From Saprospiraceae bacterium (lineage in GTDB: Bacteria; Bacteroidota; Bacteroidia; Chitinophagales; Saprospiraceae), in the NCBI GenBank assembly GCA_041392845.1, contig JAWKLG010000005.1:174398-238397 (forward strand): a stretch of 64,000 nucleotides of DNA. The letters run 5' to 3'. The position numbers and the translations under genes are program-made. The stretch's first letter is position 1. Each line of letters starts with the position of its first letter. Positions 31,280-40,694 of this stretch are shown here, piece by piece. The notes beneath the pieces were generated by a model. The model ran no database searches and was not told the origin of the DNA. It was given only the letters and a program-made list of their open reading frames with translations.

Positions 31280-32722
31280 TCAGGCTTCCTTATTTTTATC
31301 AGAATTGGAAGAATCGGTTTCTTTCTGCTCTGTATATTCTGCCTCTTCCGCCTTTTTAGCACCTAAATAATTTGGCAAATCCATCCCTGCCATATTGAAG
31401 AGGTCATTCATAGGAGGTACAGACTGGTACAGGCCTGAAATAAACTTCGAAGTAGAATTTCCTTCACCATCTTTTTGGTTACCTCCTTCCCAAACAGTAA
31501 CCTTATCAATTTTGATTCCTTTAATGGCTTCAACCTGGGTTTTCACAAGTTCGGGTAGCTTATCAGCAATCAACATTAACACTGCATCTTTTGGATCACC
31601 GCCTGCTGCTTCCACTACTTTTTTGAAACCTTCAGCTTGCTTTTCCAATATCTCAAAAAGACCTTTTGCTTCTGCTTCCTTTTTAGCAAAAATAGCATCA
31701 GCCTCCCCTTTTGCTCTTCTTCGGGTTTGTTCCGCTTCAGCTTCTGCTGCAATCTCAAGCTGTTTTTTATCTATTTCTGCCTTTACGATGATATCTGCTT
31801 CTTGCGTGGCTTTATCTCTAAGTGCCCTCGCAATCTCTGCTATCTTTTCGGCTTCATATGCTTCTTCCAATGCCTTAGCAGACTGAATTTTTTCAGCAGC
31901 CGTTGCTGTTCTTAGATACTCGGCTTCTTTGATCCTTCTCTCTGCGTCTGATTGGGCAATTTTTACTTTCGATTCATTTTCACCATCAATGGATTTTGCA
32001 TTTGCTTCTGCTTCACCAACTTTTGCATTTGCATCGGCAGAAGATACCCTTATCCTTTGATCCATTAAAGCTTCTGCCTCTCCGATAGACCCATCTCTGT
32101 TTTTTTGAGCCACAATCATCTTGGCCTCGTTGATGGCTTTTGCAGCAGCTTCTTTACCCAATGCTTCGATGTATCCACTTTCATCATGAATATCGGTAAC
32201 ATTGACATTGATAAGATGCAAACCAATTTTTCTCAACTCAGCACCCACGTTTGCTGCTACATTTGTTAAAAATTTATCCCGGTCAGAATTGATTTCTTCA
32301 ATATCCATTGTAGCAACAACAAGTCTTAACTGACCAAAAATGATGTCTTTTGAAATATCCTTTATTTCGTCCAGAGTCTTTCCTAATAACCTTTCAGCTG
32401 CATTGATCATGACACCATCCTCATTGGAAACAGCTACAGTAAACCTTGATGGAACATTTACGCGGATATTTTGTCTACTCAATGCTCCACGCAAATCTAC
32501 ATCTATGGACATGGGTGTAAGGTCAAGGTATTCATAATCCTGAATTACAGGCCAGACGAAAGCAGCTCCACCAGCCAAACAGCGCGCCGAACCACTGCCT
32601 GTTTTTCCATAAATCACTAAAATTTTATCTGAAGGACACCTGCGGTATCTGGAAATAAAAAATAGCAACAGGAGTACAATCAAAAAAATACCCAGGATGG
32701 TAAGCACTAGATATGGTCCCAT
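31280..32722 (-). CDS. Flotillin / SPFH (band 7) family protein
   Basis: N-terminal TM, SPFH domain, long EA-rich coiled coil (AEAEAEQTRRRAKGEADA...). Confidence 0.85.
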   Translation of the reverse strand: MGPYLVLTILGIFLIVLLLLFFISRYRRCPSDKILVIYGKTGSGSARCLAGGAAFVWPVIQDYEYLDLTPMSIDVDLRGALSRQNIRVNVPSRFTVAVSNEDGVMINAAERLLGKTLDEIKDISKDIIFGQLRLVVATMDIEEINSDRDKFLTNVAANVGAELRKIGLHLINVNVTDIHDESGYIEALGKEAAAKAINEAKMIVAQKNRDGSIGEAEALMDQRIRVSSADANAKVGEAEANAKSIDGENESKVKIAQSDAERRIKEAEYLRTATAAEKIQSAKALEEAYEAEKIAEIARALRDKATQEADIIVKAEIDKKQLEIAAEAEAEQTRRRAKGEADAIFAKKEAEAKGLFEILEKQAEGFKKVVEAAGGDPKDAVLMLIADKLPELVKTQVEAIKGIKIDKVTVWEGGNQKDGEGNSTSKFISGLYQSVPPMNDLFNMAGMDLPNYLGAKKAEEAEYTEQKETDSSNSDKNKEA

Positions 32723-32763
32723 ATTCCAAGCTTTAAAAGGTTAAAAAATATGTTGGTTGGTAA

Positions 32764-33336
32764 TCAGGAACCAATTGCCTCTACTAAAAGTGTATTAGGG
32801 TCTAAAACCTGAATTACCCGAATTTTTGAACCGGTAGGAAGGGAGCTTGCATCTGTCATGGCATCCATTTCTTTCATACCCTTACCTATTATTACGTGAA
32901 CCTTGCCTTTTCCGGATCGACTTTCCGGTATGGGTAAATATACTTCACCCTGACTTAATAAAATTGTGCTGGGATCAAAAGTTCCTGATTCTGTCATTTT
33001 TGCAAACCAGAACATCAGATAAGCGACAATGAACATGGCAATGAAACCTGCAACAACTGCGACTATCAAGGCAAACCAAATAGTTGCTCCTTCTTGCAGT
33101 GTCAAAGTGCCTCCCCAGCCAAAAAAGGTAAAAAAGGCCAGAATACTCCTGATAGAAAATACAGTGAAATCGGCATCAAACCCATCTACATCCACTTCTG
33201 CGCCATCTAAGTCGGCATCCGTATCACCGCCCAAAAAACTCATGGTAAACTGGATCAGTAAAAGGAGAGAAGCTATTAAAGCAATTCCCCAAAACAATTG
33301 TAAAGTTCCAGATAATTCGTTCCACCATGCAGTCAT
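32764..33336 (-). CDS. NfeD-like membrane protein with C-terminal OB fold (flotillin partner)
   Basis: TM helices plus GKGKVHVIIGKGMKEMDAMT...IRVIQVLDPNTLLVEAI; likely start MTAWWNELSG. The ORF-track start at 33393 overlaps an upstream hairpin. Confidence 0.65.
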   Translation of the reverse strand: MTAWWNELSGTLQLFWGIALIASLLLLIQFTMSFLGGDTDADLDGAEVDVDGFDADFTVFSIRSILAFFTFFGWGGTLTLQEGATIWFALIVAVVAGFIAMFIVAYLMFWFAKMTESGTFDPSTILLSQGEVYLPIPESRSGKGKVHVIIGKGMKEMDAMTDASSLPTGSKIRVIQVLDPNTLLVEAIGS

Positions 33337-33438
33337 TATGAAAGGCTTTATCCTTATTAATATCGATTGGACTAAAAATAAAAAGACTGCCACAAAAGGC
33401 AGTCTTTTTTCGATAAACTATCTTTTTTATCGGCTTAG

Positions 33439-33852
33439 CTATAAGAACTTATCATAGGCCATTTTAAGGTTAGCAGCAATAATGTCTGCTGATCGACCTT
33501 CAATATGGTGTCTTTCCAGAAAATGTACCAATTGACCGTCTTTAAATAATGCAATAGATGGGCTGGAAGGAGGATAAGGCAAAAGATATTCTCTGGCCTT
33601 TGCTGTTGCATCTGTATCTACACCTGCAAATACAGTATACAAATTGGTTGGTACCTTTTCGTTGTCGAGGGACATTTTCGCACCAGGCCTTGCATTTGCT
33701 GCAGCACATCCACAAACAGAATTTACAACCAATAAAAACGAGCCCTCTTTTTTGGACATTACATCATCTACTTCACCTACAGTAGTTAAAGATTCAAAAC
33801 CATTAGCGGTTAAATCCCTAGACATCGGTGCCGTTAGTTCAGCTGGATACAT
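33439..33852 (-). CDS. Bacilliredoxin (BrxA/BrxB, DUF1094) family protein
   Basis: VVNSVCGCAA CGC redox motif in a thioredoxin-like context. Confidence 0.65.
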   Translation of the reverse strand: MYPAELTAPMSRDLTANGFESLTTVGEVDDVMSKKEGSFLLVVNSVCGCAAANARPGAKMSLDNEKVPTNLYTVFAGVDTDATAKAREYLLPYPPSSPSIALFKDGQLVHFLERHHIEGRSADIIAANLKMAYDKFL

Positions 33853-33920
33853 ATCGATATTAGATTTTTTTGATGAAATACTGAATTAAAACCTGTAAAC
33901 CCAATTATTGTTCTATTCTT

Positions 33921-34053
33921 AAAATAAAACACAAAAGTAACGATTGATAGTCATTTTCAACAGGCTTTTACAAAACCAAAAGATTTCACTTTAAAACATT
34001 TGTGTTTTATTTTAAAACAAAAATTGACTTTTAAAACTTTTTGTTTTATTTTT
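33921..34053. promoter_or_regulatory. Three copies of a ~15-nt motif (TTGTGTTTTATTTT), one inverted and two direct, upstream of the gene at 34073
   Basis: aaaataaaacacaaaag at 33921-33937 is the reverse complement of tttgtgttttatttt at 33999-34013; a direct copy tttttgttttattttt lies at 34038-34053. Confidence 0.4.
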
Positions 34054-34072
34054 GTATCACAAACACACAAAA

Positions 34073-34876
34073 ATGGATCTAGAAGTTTTAATCAGCAAGA
34101 AAGGAACAAAGGTGGTTACAGCAACAAACCTTCACGCTGTACTTCAACTGCCAAAACAAGCCTACTTAAAAAATGTAAAATCCTGGCTAAAGGATGTTTA
34201 TGAATTCCAAGACGGCATCAGAAGACCCAAGCCTATGGTAGATTTTGCTAAGAGAGGTAACACAAATGAAATTCTTGACGATTACTATCTTTCTATTGAA
34301 TTGGCAAAACATATTACCCTTAATTCGAGCAGCAAATACAAAAGAAAATTTGCAAATCGACTGCTTTCACTTGAAGACAAGGTAGAAAATGCAGAGCTGC
34401 TATCCATGGATCAAGTCTTGGCTGTATTAGAACTAGCTAAGGTTATGGGGCTGACTTCCTGCCAGGCTGCAAGTGAAAGAGGACATATGAAAAGGTATCT
34501 TGAAGACAACGGTAGTCCAGCAGACTGGTGGTCTTACCGTTCAGAACTAATAGGCTTCTCTTCTGATTCAATAAAAGACATTGCTCGAAGAAAACTTCCT
34601 AATGCAAAAAATAAATCTCAAAAAGATCTTTTACTCAGGTTGGACAAATATGAAACCATCCGAATCGGGATCATCGATCTTTTCATGGCATTGGGTAAAA
34701 ATGAAAAATATGCCCGCAACATGGGTGATTTGGCAAAAGCACTTGCCAAACAATTAAATGTGGAGGTATGGGACGATAGAAAGACCGAAGTAGCCTTCAC
34801 TGCAACCTTAAACGAAGACCTGGTTCAAGAAATCAGGGAATTAAAACCTGAAAAAGCATTAAGATTATGGGCTTAG
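34073..34876 (+). CDS. Hypothetical protein, possibly phage-type regulatory (KilA-N/ORF6N-like)
   Basis: ATG at 34073 (MDLEVLISKKGTKVVTATNLHAVLQL...); the ORF-track start at 34052 is TTG. Product assignment weak. Confidence 0.4.
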   Translation: MDLEVLISKKGTKVVTATNLHAVLQLPKQAYLKNVKSWLKDVYEFQDGIRRPKPMVDFAKRGNTNEILDDYYLSIELAKHITLNSSSKYKRKFANRLLSLEDKVENAELLSMDQVLAVLELAKVMGLTSCQAASERGHMKRYLEDNGSPADWWSYRSELIGFSSDSIKDIARRKLPNAKNKSQKDLLLRLDKYETIRIGIIDLFMALGKNEKYARNMGDLAKALAKQLNVEVWDDRKTEVAFTATLNEDLVQEIRELKPEKALRLWA

Positions 34877-35506
34877 TTATCTTATTCGTCATGATTCTCC
34901 TGGTTTATGATTTAAAACCGGAAGAGAAAGGAGGAACACCTGAAGATTCAAAAGCACAAGGAATTGAGGATTCTAAAATTAAATCCTCCAGATTGGTGCC
35001 ATTTAAGCAGCTGGAAAGGGCATAGATAAAAGTATACTTTCGTAATAGGACAAATAAAGGCTTTGGATTTAGTGAATACTTAAACCCTAGGCTTTATAAT
35101 TTACCTTGTAATTTGTGTTATTTTTTTGAAAACTAAACAATAGTATTTCCATGTGTTGATTATTCTTCTAGGGGGAAAGGATAGTATTTCGATCTCCTTT
35201 TGGTTTTAACTTCTCGCAAAGCTTGAATGAATTTTGAAAGCTTGGTTCTTGGAAAGGATTCGTTCGTTCTTCTTGGGAAAGGTCGGTATACGATGGCTCT
35301 CATAATTATCATTGAAATCCCTTATTCCAGCCTTTCTTTCTTTTTATGACTCGTCGTATTTGTCAATATTTCATTGCCAGCTTACTTAATTCATTAATTC
35401 CTTTATCAAAATAATCAGCTATAACATACTTAAATAAAGAACGGGGATTAACTGAAAATTCAGCTAATCCCCGATACTTATTTGTAATACTTTGAATTAA
35501 ATAACT

Positions 35507-36931
35507 CTATTGAACATCCCAAAAAACAGGTGTCATTAGATTGTCTCCACCAATAGCTGTTGCTGCAGCATTAACATTCGCCTGATTCAAAGAAAATTCT
35601 GAAACTGGGTATGTATACCTAAGAGGTGGCAATGTACCAGCCCCAGCAGCAATATTCATCTCTGGAGCATCATAAATTCTCCAGGTAGTCCATCCTTCAA
35701 ATCCTCGATTGTAAAGCGCAATCCACTTTTGCAAAGCTATTTTCTCTCTCCAAGTACCTGGTGCAGAGGAATATGCAACATCTGGCATAGACAAGTATGC
35801 TGATGCACCAGAAACACCCCAATCATTAAATGATGAAGTAACACCAGCATTGTAATGCTCTTCAGCAGTTCCACCAACACTATACCCTCTTTCTACAGCA
35901 TCTGCAAGCAAAAACTCAACCTCAGTATAGCTCATTAATTCTCCAGGAAATGATGGATCCTCCAACACTAATCCTGCATGCGAATTGTTTGAAAAACTAT
36001 TATTAGAGCCATAAATTCCTCCTTTTGGATTTCCAAGCGAATCCATCGGACCAGAGAAATAAACACTTCTTCTAGGATCTTCAAGATCATTCATATAATC
36101 TACCAATGTATTAGCAGCAACGAAGTCCGAACGACCGCTTTGAACCAGTTCCTCCCAAACAGGATTAGTATTTGGTGGATTGCTTTCATACTTAATGGTA
36201 AAATCATCTTCGCTAGAAGTGAAAACTCCAGAACTAACTGCAGATTCAGCCATTTGTTTTGCTTTGGCATTATCGATATCAGCGATTCTAATTGCCATTC
36301 TAAGCTTAAAGGAGTTGGCGAATTTCTTCCATTTGTCACCATCACCATTATAGATTACATCGTAATCACCCATTCCATTATCACCTCCAAGATTAGGAAT
36401 TAATGCATCCAGCCTAGTGATTAGGTCATCATAGATATCAGCATCATTATCATAAACAGGTAGGAAAACTCCTTCTTGTAAAGCTTGAGTATAAGGAACA
36501 TCTCCAAAAATATCTACCAAAATTGAATAAGCAACAATCTCCATGAGGTTGCACATTGCTAATTGATTAGCTTTTTGGCCATCAGATAAAAAAGGATCTT
36601 CCTCAATAAAGGGCCTTGCTTCACTAATATCCCTAATTACAGTTGCATAAATTGTATTCCAGGTACGTCCATTTACGTTTCTTTCAACGAGTTCATAATT
36701 AGACTCATCCGGATAAGTAGTTTGAGCCCAATATTGTGCCCAAAGTCGCAGGTTATTGATATTCACATTCGTACTAGACATCAAATCCATCAATTCCACG
36801 GTCGCATTTGCAAATAAAGAGCCCGCAGGAACTTCTGTTGGTTTCTTTGTATCCACATTTAGATCTGCAAAGTTATCTGTACAGGCACCTAAGATGAACA
36901 CAATAAAAGTTAGATATATTAATTTTTTCAT
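35507..36931 (-). CDS. SusD/RagB family nutrient-binding outer-membrane lipoprotein
   Basis: MKKLIYLTFIVFILGACTD lipobox; size and position immediately downstream of susC. Confidence 0.85.
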   Translation of the reverse strand: MKKLIYLTFIVFILGACTDNFADLNVDTKKPTEVPAGSLFANATVELMDLMSSTNVNINNLRLWAQYWAQTTYPDESNYELVERNVNGRTWNTIYATVIRDISEARPFIEEDPFLSDGQKANQLAMCNLMEIVAYSILVDIFGDVPYTQALQEGVFLPVYDNDADIYDDLITRLDALIPNLGGDNGMGDYDVIYNGDGDKWKKFANSFKLRMAIRIADIDNAKAKQMAESAVSSGVFTSSEDDFTIKYESNPPNTNPVWEELVQSGRSDFVAANTLVDYMNDLEDPRRSVYFSGPMDSLGNPKGGIYGSNNSFSNNSHAGLVLEDPSFPGELMSYTEVEFLLADAVERGYSVGGTAEEHYNAGVTSSFNDWGVSGASAYLSMPDVAYSSAPGTWREKIALQKWIALYNRGFEGWTTWRIYDAPEMNIAAGAGTLPPLRYTYPVSEFSLNQANVNAAATAIGGDNLMTPVFWDVQ

Positions 36932-36943
36932 ATTAGAATATTT

Positions 36944-39900
36944 TTAGAATTTAACAGTTAAGTTCACTCCATATTCTTTCACTGCAGGATAAGCACCTGA
37001 TTGATTGCCTTGTTGGTAAGTACCACCACTCAAGCCAGCTTCAGGATCAGAATATGGACTGTCTTTCCAGATAATCCATAAGTTTCTTCCTACTAATGAA
37101 AGATCGAGACCACCAATTACAGAGTTTTGGAACAGTCTTTTAGGGAATGAATATGTGATAGCTACCTCTCTTAATTTAACAAAACCTGCATCATAAATAT
37201 GGTATGCATTAGGAGCATAAACGTAACCGAATGTATTGTATACATCAGAAACGTAAGCATATTCAGTATTTGGAGTTCCATCAGAAATTGCAATTCCATC
37301 CTCATTAGTACCAGTTTGTAGTACACCACCTATTGGAAGTCCACCGCCATCATCAGGAAGTGCACGAACTGGATTTCCTTTGTCATTAGTTCCAGCAGTA
37401 ACATCATATAATCCTGTCGCGTAACCATACCATGTATCAAGAGAGAAAAACTCTCCACCTTTTTGAACATCAATTAAGAAGCTCAAACGTAAATTTTGGT
37501 AGGAAAATGCATTATTAATACCACCTCTCCAATCTGGGTTAATATCACCTATAACTTCTGGAGAAGCAGTTTTACGATATCTAACTCCGCCGAATGGATG
37601 TGGATAAACGATAGGCTGACCATCAGTGTGGTAAACAAAATTAGTTCCCCAAATTGCACCGAATGGCTCACCAACAGTAGCATTGAAGGAAATCCCACCT
37701 TGGGCACTTGAAATAAGGTAGTTTTTAACCTCATTGTCACCTTCACCGAATAGTTTAATAACCTCATTATTATTTTTAGCCCAATTGATATTCATATCCC
37801 ATCTAAACTTTGAAGTTTTTACAGGAGTAAGATTCAATGTCAATTCTATACCAGTGTTTTTCATTTCACCAGCATTTACAAATTGAAACAATTGACCTGT
37901 AGCACCAGTCACAGAAACCGGAAGGATTTGATTAATTGATCTGGAATCATAATAAGAAAGGTCGAATCCAACTCTATTTTTCAGCAAAGACATCTCAAGT
38001 CCAACCTCAAAACTCTTGGTTCTTTCCGGTACAAGGTTTGGATTTTTTCTGGTGTTACTCGCAGATGCAAGATTTGCAGAACCAAAAGGAGTATTCAGAT
38101 CGAAAGTCTCATAAATTGAAAGAGCAGGTGCATCATTTCCTACCTCGGCATAATTTAGTCTGAATTTTCCAAGGTTAATTGCGTCAACATTCAGCAATTC
38201 AGAAAATACAAAGCTCAATGTTCCGGAATAATAACCAAATGCATTATCATTAACTGGAAGTGTAGATGAAACATCATAACGATAAGTCCCGTCCAAATAA
38301 AGGAAATTTTGATATCCCAAACCAACTCGACCATAATAACCATTAACCGCTCTTTCTTCAACATATTCATCTGGAGCTTCAGGTTGACTCGAACTATTAC
38401 TTAAGGAATAAACACCTGGAACAACCAATCCTCCATTCGTTTCAGCAGTAATTCTTGAGAAGGAATTTCTTCTAATATTGGTTCCAATGGTACCATTCAG
38501 ATTGAAATCATTAGAGGAACCAAAGTATTTGTTGAAGTTTAACATCAAATCATAATTGGCTTCAGAAACGTCAAAATTCCTTCTTCTGTAGAGTGGAACA
38601 TCAACTGAACCCACAGCAATTCTTTCCTCCTGAACTTCATTATAGGAATCCAATCCAACTCTTCCCAAAACGTTCAACCAGTCGGTAAATTCATAAGTTG
38701 CTGAAATATTACCGAAGATCCTGTTTCTCTCATCATTATTATAATTCTCATAAACCGTCCAGTAGTAATTATCAAAATAATGAGGCTGTGTAGGATTATT
38801 TGGATCTAAAGAACCATATGGGTTCCAAGTAAGGTTTTTACCAGTTTGATCATAGGCATCCTTCAATTGCTGAATGTCGGCATTAACCTGGTACCATTGA
38901 CGGAAAGACTGATTGACATTTCGGCTGTCGTACCCGGTACCATAGCGACCTTTCCCTTGCGTATTCGTAAAAGTAATGGTTGAACTTACATTCAGTTTGT
39001 CTGTAAGATCATAGCCACCGGCAAAGTTCACAGTATTTCTTTTGATGCGACTGTTTGGAAGAACTCCTGATTGATCAAAATTTGTGTAACCTAGTCTAAA
39101 GGTTCCTTTATCCGTTCCACCATCAACTGAGATGCTGTTGTTATAAGTCAATCCTGTTTCATAAAATGTCTCAGGACCATTTTCAGCTGCAGTCCATTGC
39201 TGCAATTGGCCAAAAGTACTTAGCTCTGGGTAAAAGGATCTCCAATCATAAACCATTAAATTAGGATCAAAAGCAGGTCCATATGATGCATCCTCAAATA
39301 CATTGGCCGTCAACTTTACCCCATCACCAAAATCATACAAACTCCATCCATTTGGATATTCATCATCTGGATCGTAAGTAGGATCTGTATCATAAAAATC
39401 AGGTTGAACTGTTGAGTAACCAGCACCATATTGATTTTGATACTTAGGGAAAGTAGATTTGTCAATTGAAGCAGCAGTTAATCCTGTAGAAAAAGTAACC
39501 CCAAGTCCCTTTCTTTTGGTTCCTTTTTTAGTAGTGATTAGAATTACTCCATTGGCACCTCTCGCTCCGTATAAGGCGGAGGCAGCTGCTCCTCTCAAAA
39601 CTGAAACAGATTCAACGTCCTCAGGATTAATATCCATTGCTGAGTTTCCATAATCATAACCCCCACGACCGGCCATCTGGTCATTGGTATTTGTTATTTC
39701 ATTGTTGATTGGAATACCATCAACAACAAATAATGCTTGATTATTTTCAGTAATGGAAGCGTACCCTCTAATAATTACATTTGAAGAACCACCTAGATTA
39801 GTTCCCCTTTTAATGTCAACACCGGCAATTTTACCAGAAAGGGAATTGATGAAGTTAGCATCTTTCACTTTGGTCAGCTCTTCACCATCAACCTGTTGGG

Positions 39901-40282
39901 TTGCATATCCGAGAGCCTTTTTCTCTCGCTCAACTCCAAGTGCAGTTACAACTGCTTCTGATAAAGTAACCCCTTCAGCCAAATCAATATTGACTACGTT
40001 GGAAGCTCCAAGCTCAACTTCCTGGGTTTCAAAACCAGTGTAACTAAAAACAAGAATGTTAGAACCTTCAGGGACTTCAATGGAATATTTTCCATCTATG
40101 TCTGTCACAGTTCCTGCGGAAGTACCTTTGACAAGCACCGTTGCGCCGATAAGCGCTTCGCCGTCCTGGTCGGAGACCATCCCGACTACAGTCCTTTGCG
40201 CGTTGGCAAGCCCCATGATGACAAGCATCATGGACATAATTAGTCCGAATTTTTTCATAACGGGTTTGATTTTGGTTAACAA
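36944..40282 (-). CDS. SusC/RagA family TonB-dependent outer-membrane receptor
   Basis: N-terminal carboxypeptidase-regulatory-like domain (VVGMVSDQDGEALIGATVLVKGTSAGTVTDIDGKYSIEV), plug domain and large beta-barrel; ends ...VNLTVKF. Confidence 0.9.
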   Translation of the reverse strand: MLTKIKPVMKKFGLIMSMMLVIMGLANAQRTVVGMVSDQDGEALIGATVLVKGTSAGTVTDIDGKYSIEVPEGSNILVFSYTGFETQEVELGASNVVNIDLAEGVTLSEAVVTALGVEREKKALGYATQQVDGEELTKVKDANFINSLSGKIAGVDIKRGTNLGGSSNVIIRGYASITENNQALFVVDGIPINNEITNTNDQMAGRGGYDYGNSAMDINPEDVESVSVLRGAAASALYGARGANGVILITTKKGTKRKGLGVTFSTGLTAASIDKSTFPKYQNQYGAGYSTVQPDFYDTDPTYDPDDEYPNGWSLYDFGDGVKLTANVFEDASYGPAFDPNLMVYDWRSFYPELSTFGQLQQWTAAENGPETFYETGLTYNNSISVDGGTDKGTFRLGYTNFDQSGVLPNSRIKRNTVNFAGGYDLTDKLNVSSTITFTNTQGKGRYGTGYDSRNVNQSFRQWYQVNADIQQLKDAYDQTGKNLTWNPYGSLDPNNPTQPHYFDNYYWTVYENYNNDERNRIFGNISATYEFTDWLNVLGRVGLDSYNEVQEERIAVGSVDVPLYRRRNFDVSEANYDLMLNFNKYFGSSNDFNLNGTIGTNIRRNSFSRITAETNGGLVVPGVYSLSNSSSQPEAPDEYVEERAVNGYYGRVGLGYQNFLYLDGTYRYDVSSTLPVNDNAFGYYSGTLSFVFSELLNVDAINLGKFRLNYAEVGNDAPALSIYETFDLNTPFGSANLASASNTRKNPNLVPERTKSFEVGLEMSLLKNRVGFDLSYYDSRSINQILPVSVTGATGQLFQFVNAGEMKNTGIELTLNLTPVKTSKFRWDMNINWAKNNNEVIKLFGEGDNEVKNYLISSAQGGISFNATVGEPFGAIWGTNFVYHTDGQPIVYPHPFGGVRYRKTASPEVIGDINPDWRGGINNAFSYQNLRLSFLIDVQKGGEFFSLDTWYGYATGLYDVTAGTNDKGNPVRALPDDGGGLPIGGVLQTGTNEDGIAISDGTPNTEYAYVSDVYNTFGYVYAPNAYHIYDAGFVKLREVAITYSFPKRLFQNSVIGGLDLSLVGRNLWIIWKDSPYSDPEAGLSGGTYQQGNQSGAYPAVKEYGVNLTVKF

Positions 40283-40694
40283 TTTTTAGAACGCGATGAA
40301 TACAACTATTTCTATAGAGCTACTCTCTTTGAAAAGTTCAACATGGTTATGTAAATGTTAACAGATGAAAATGCGCCGCTTTTTTAAATTAAAACCAAAG
40401 GCTACTACCTCCATCAAATAGAATGGAAAATTCCTTAAAATAATAAGGAAAAGCGAGCAGGCCTAACACGGGCAATCACCTCATCTAATTCGGGAAAGTA
40501 AAACAGGTGTAAAACATTATTGGGTGACTATTACAACTATTAGACAAAACGTATGACTTTTTTTAAACGCTGCCTACATTATTTTGAGCTACTTTTAATC
40601 TAATCCGAATTGCGAATATCGAATTAATTTCGAAAAATGAAGAAAAGCAAACCACAAAAATGAAATTTGATGTAAGGGGAAAATTAATTTAATG

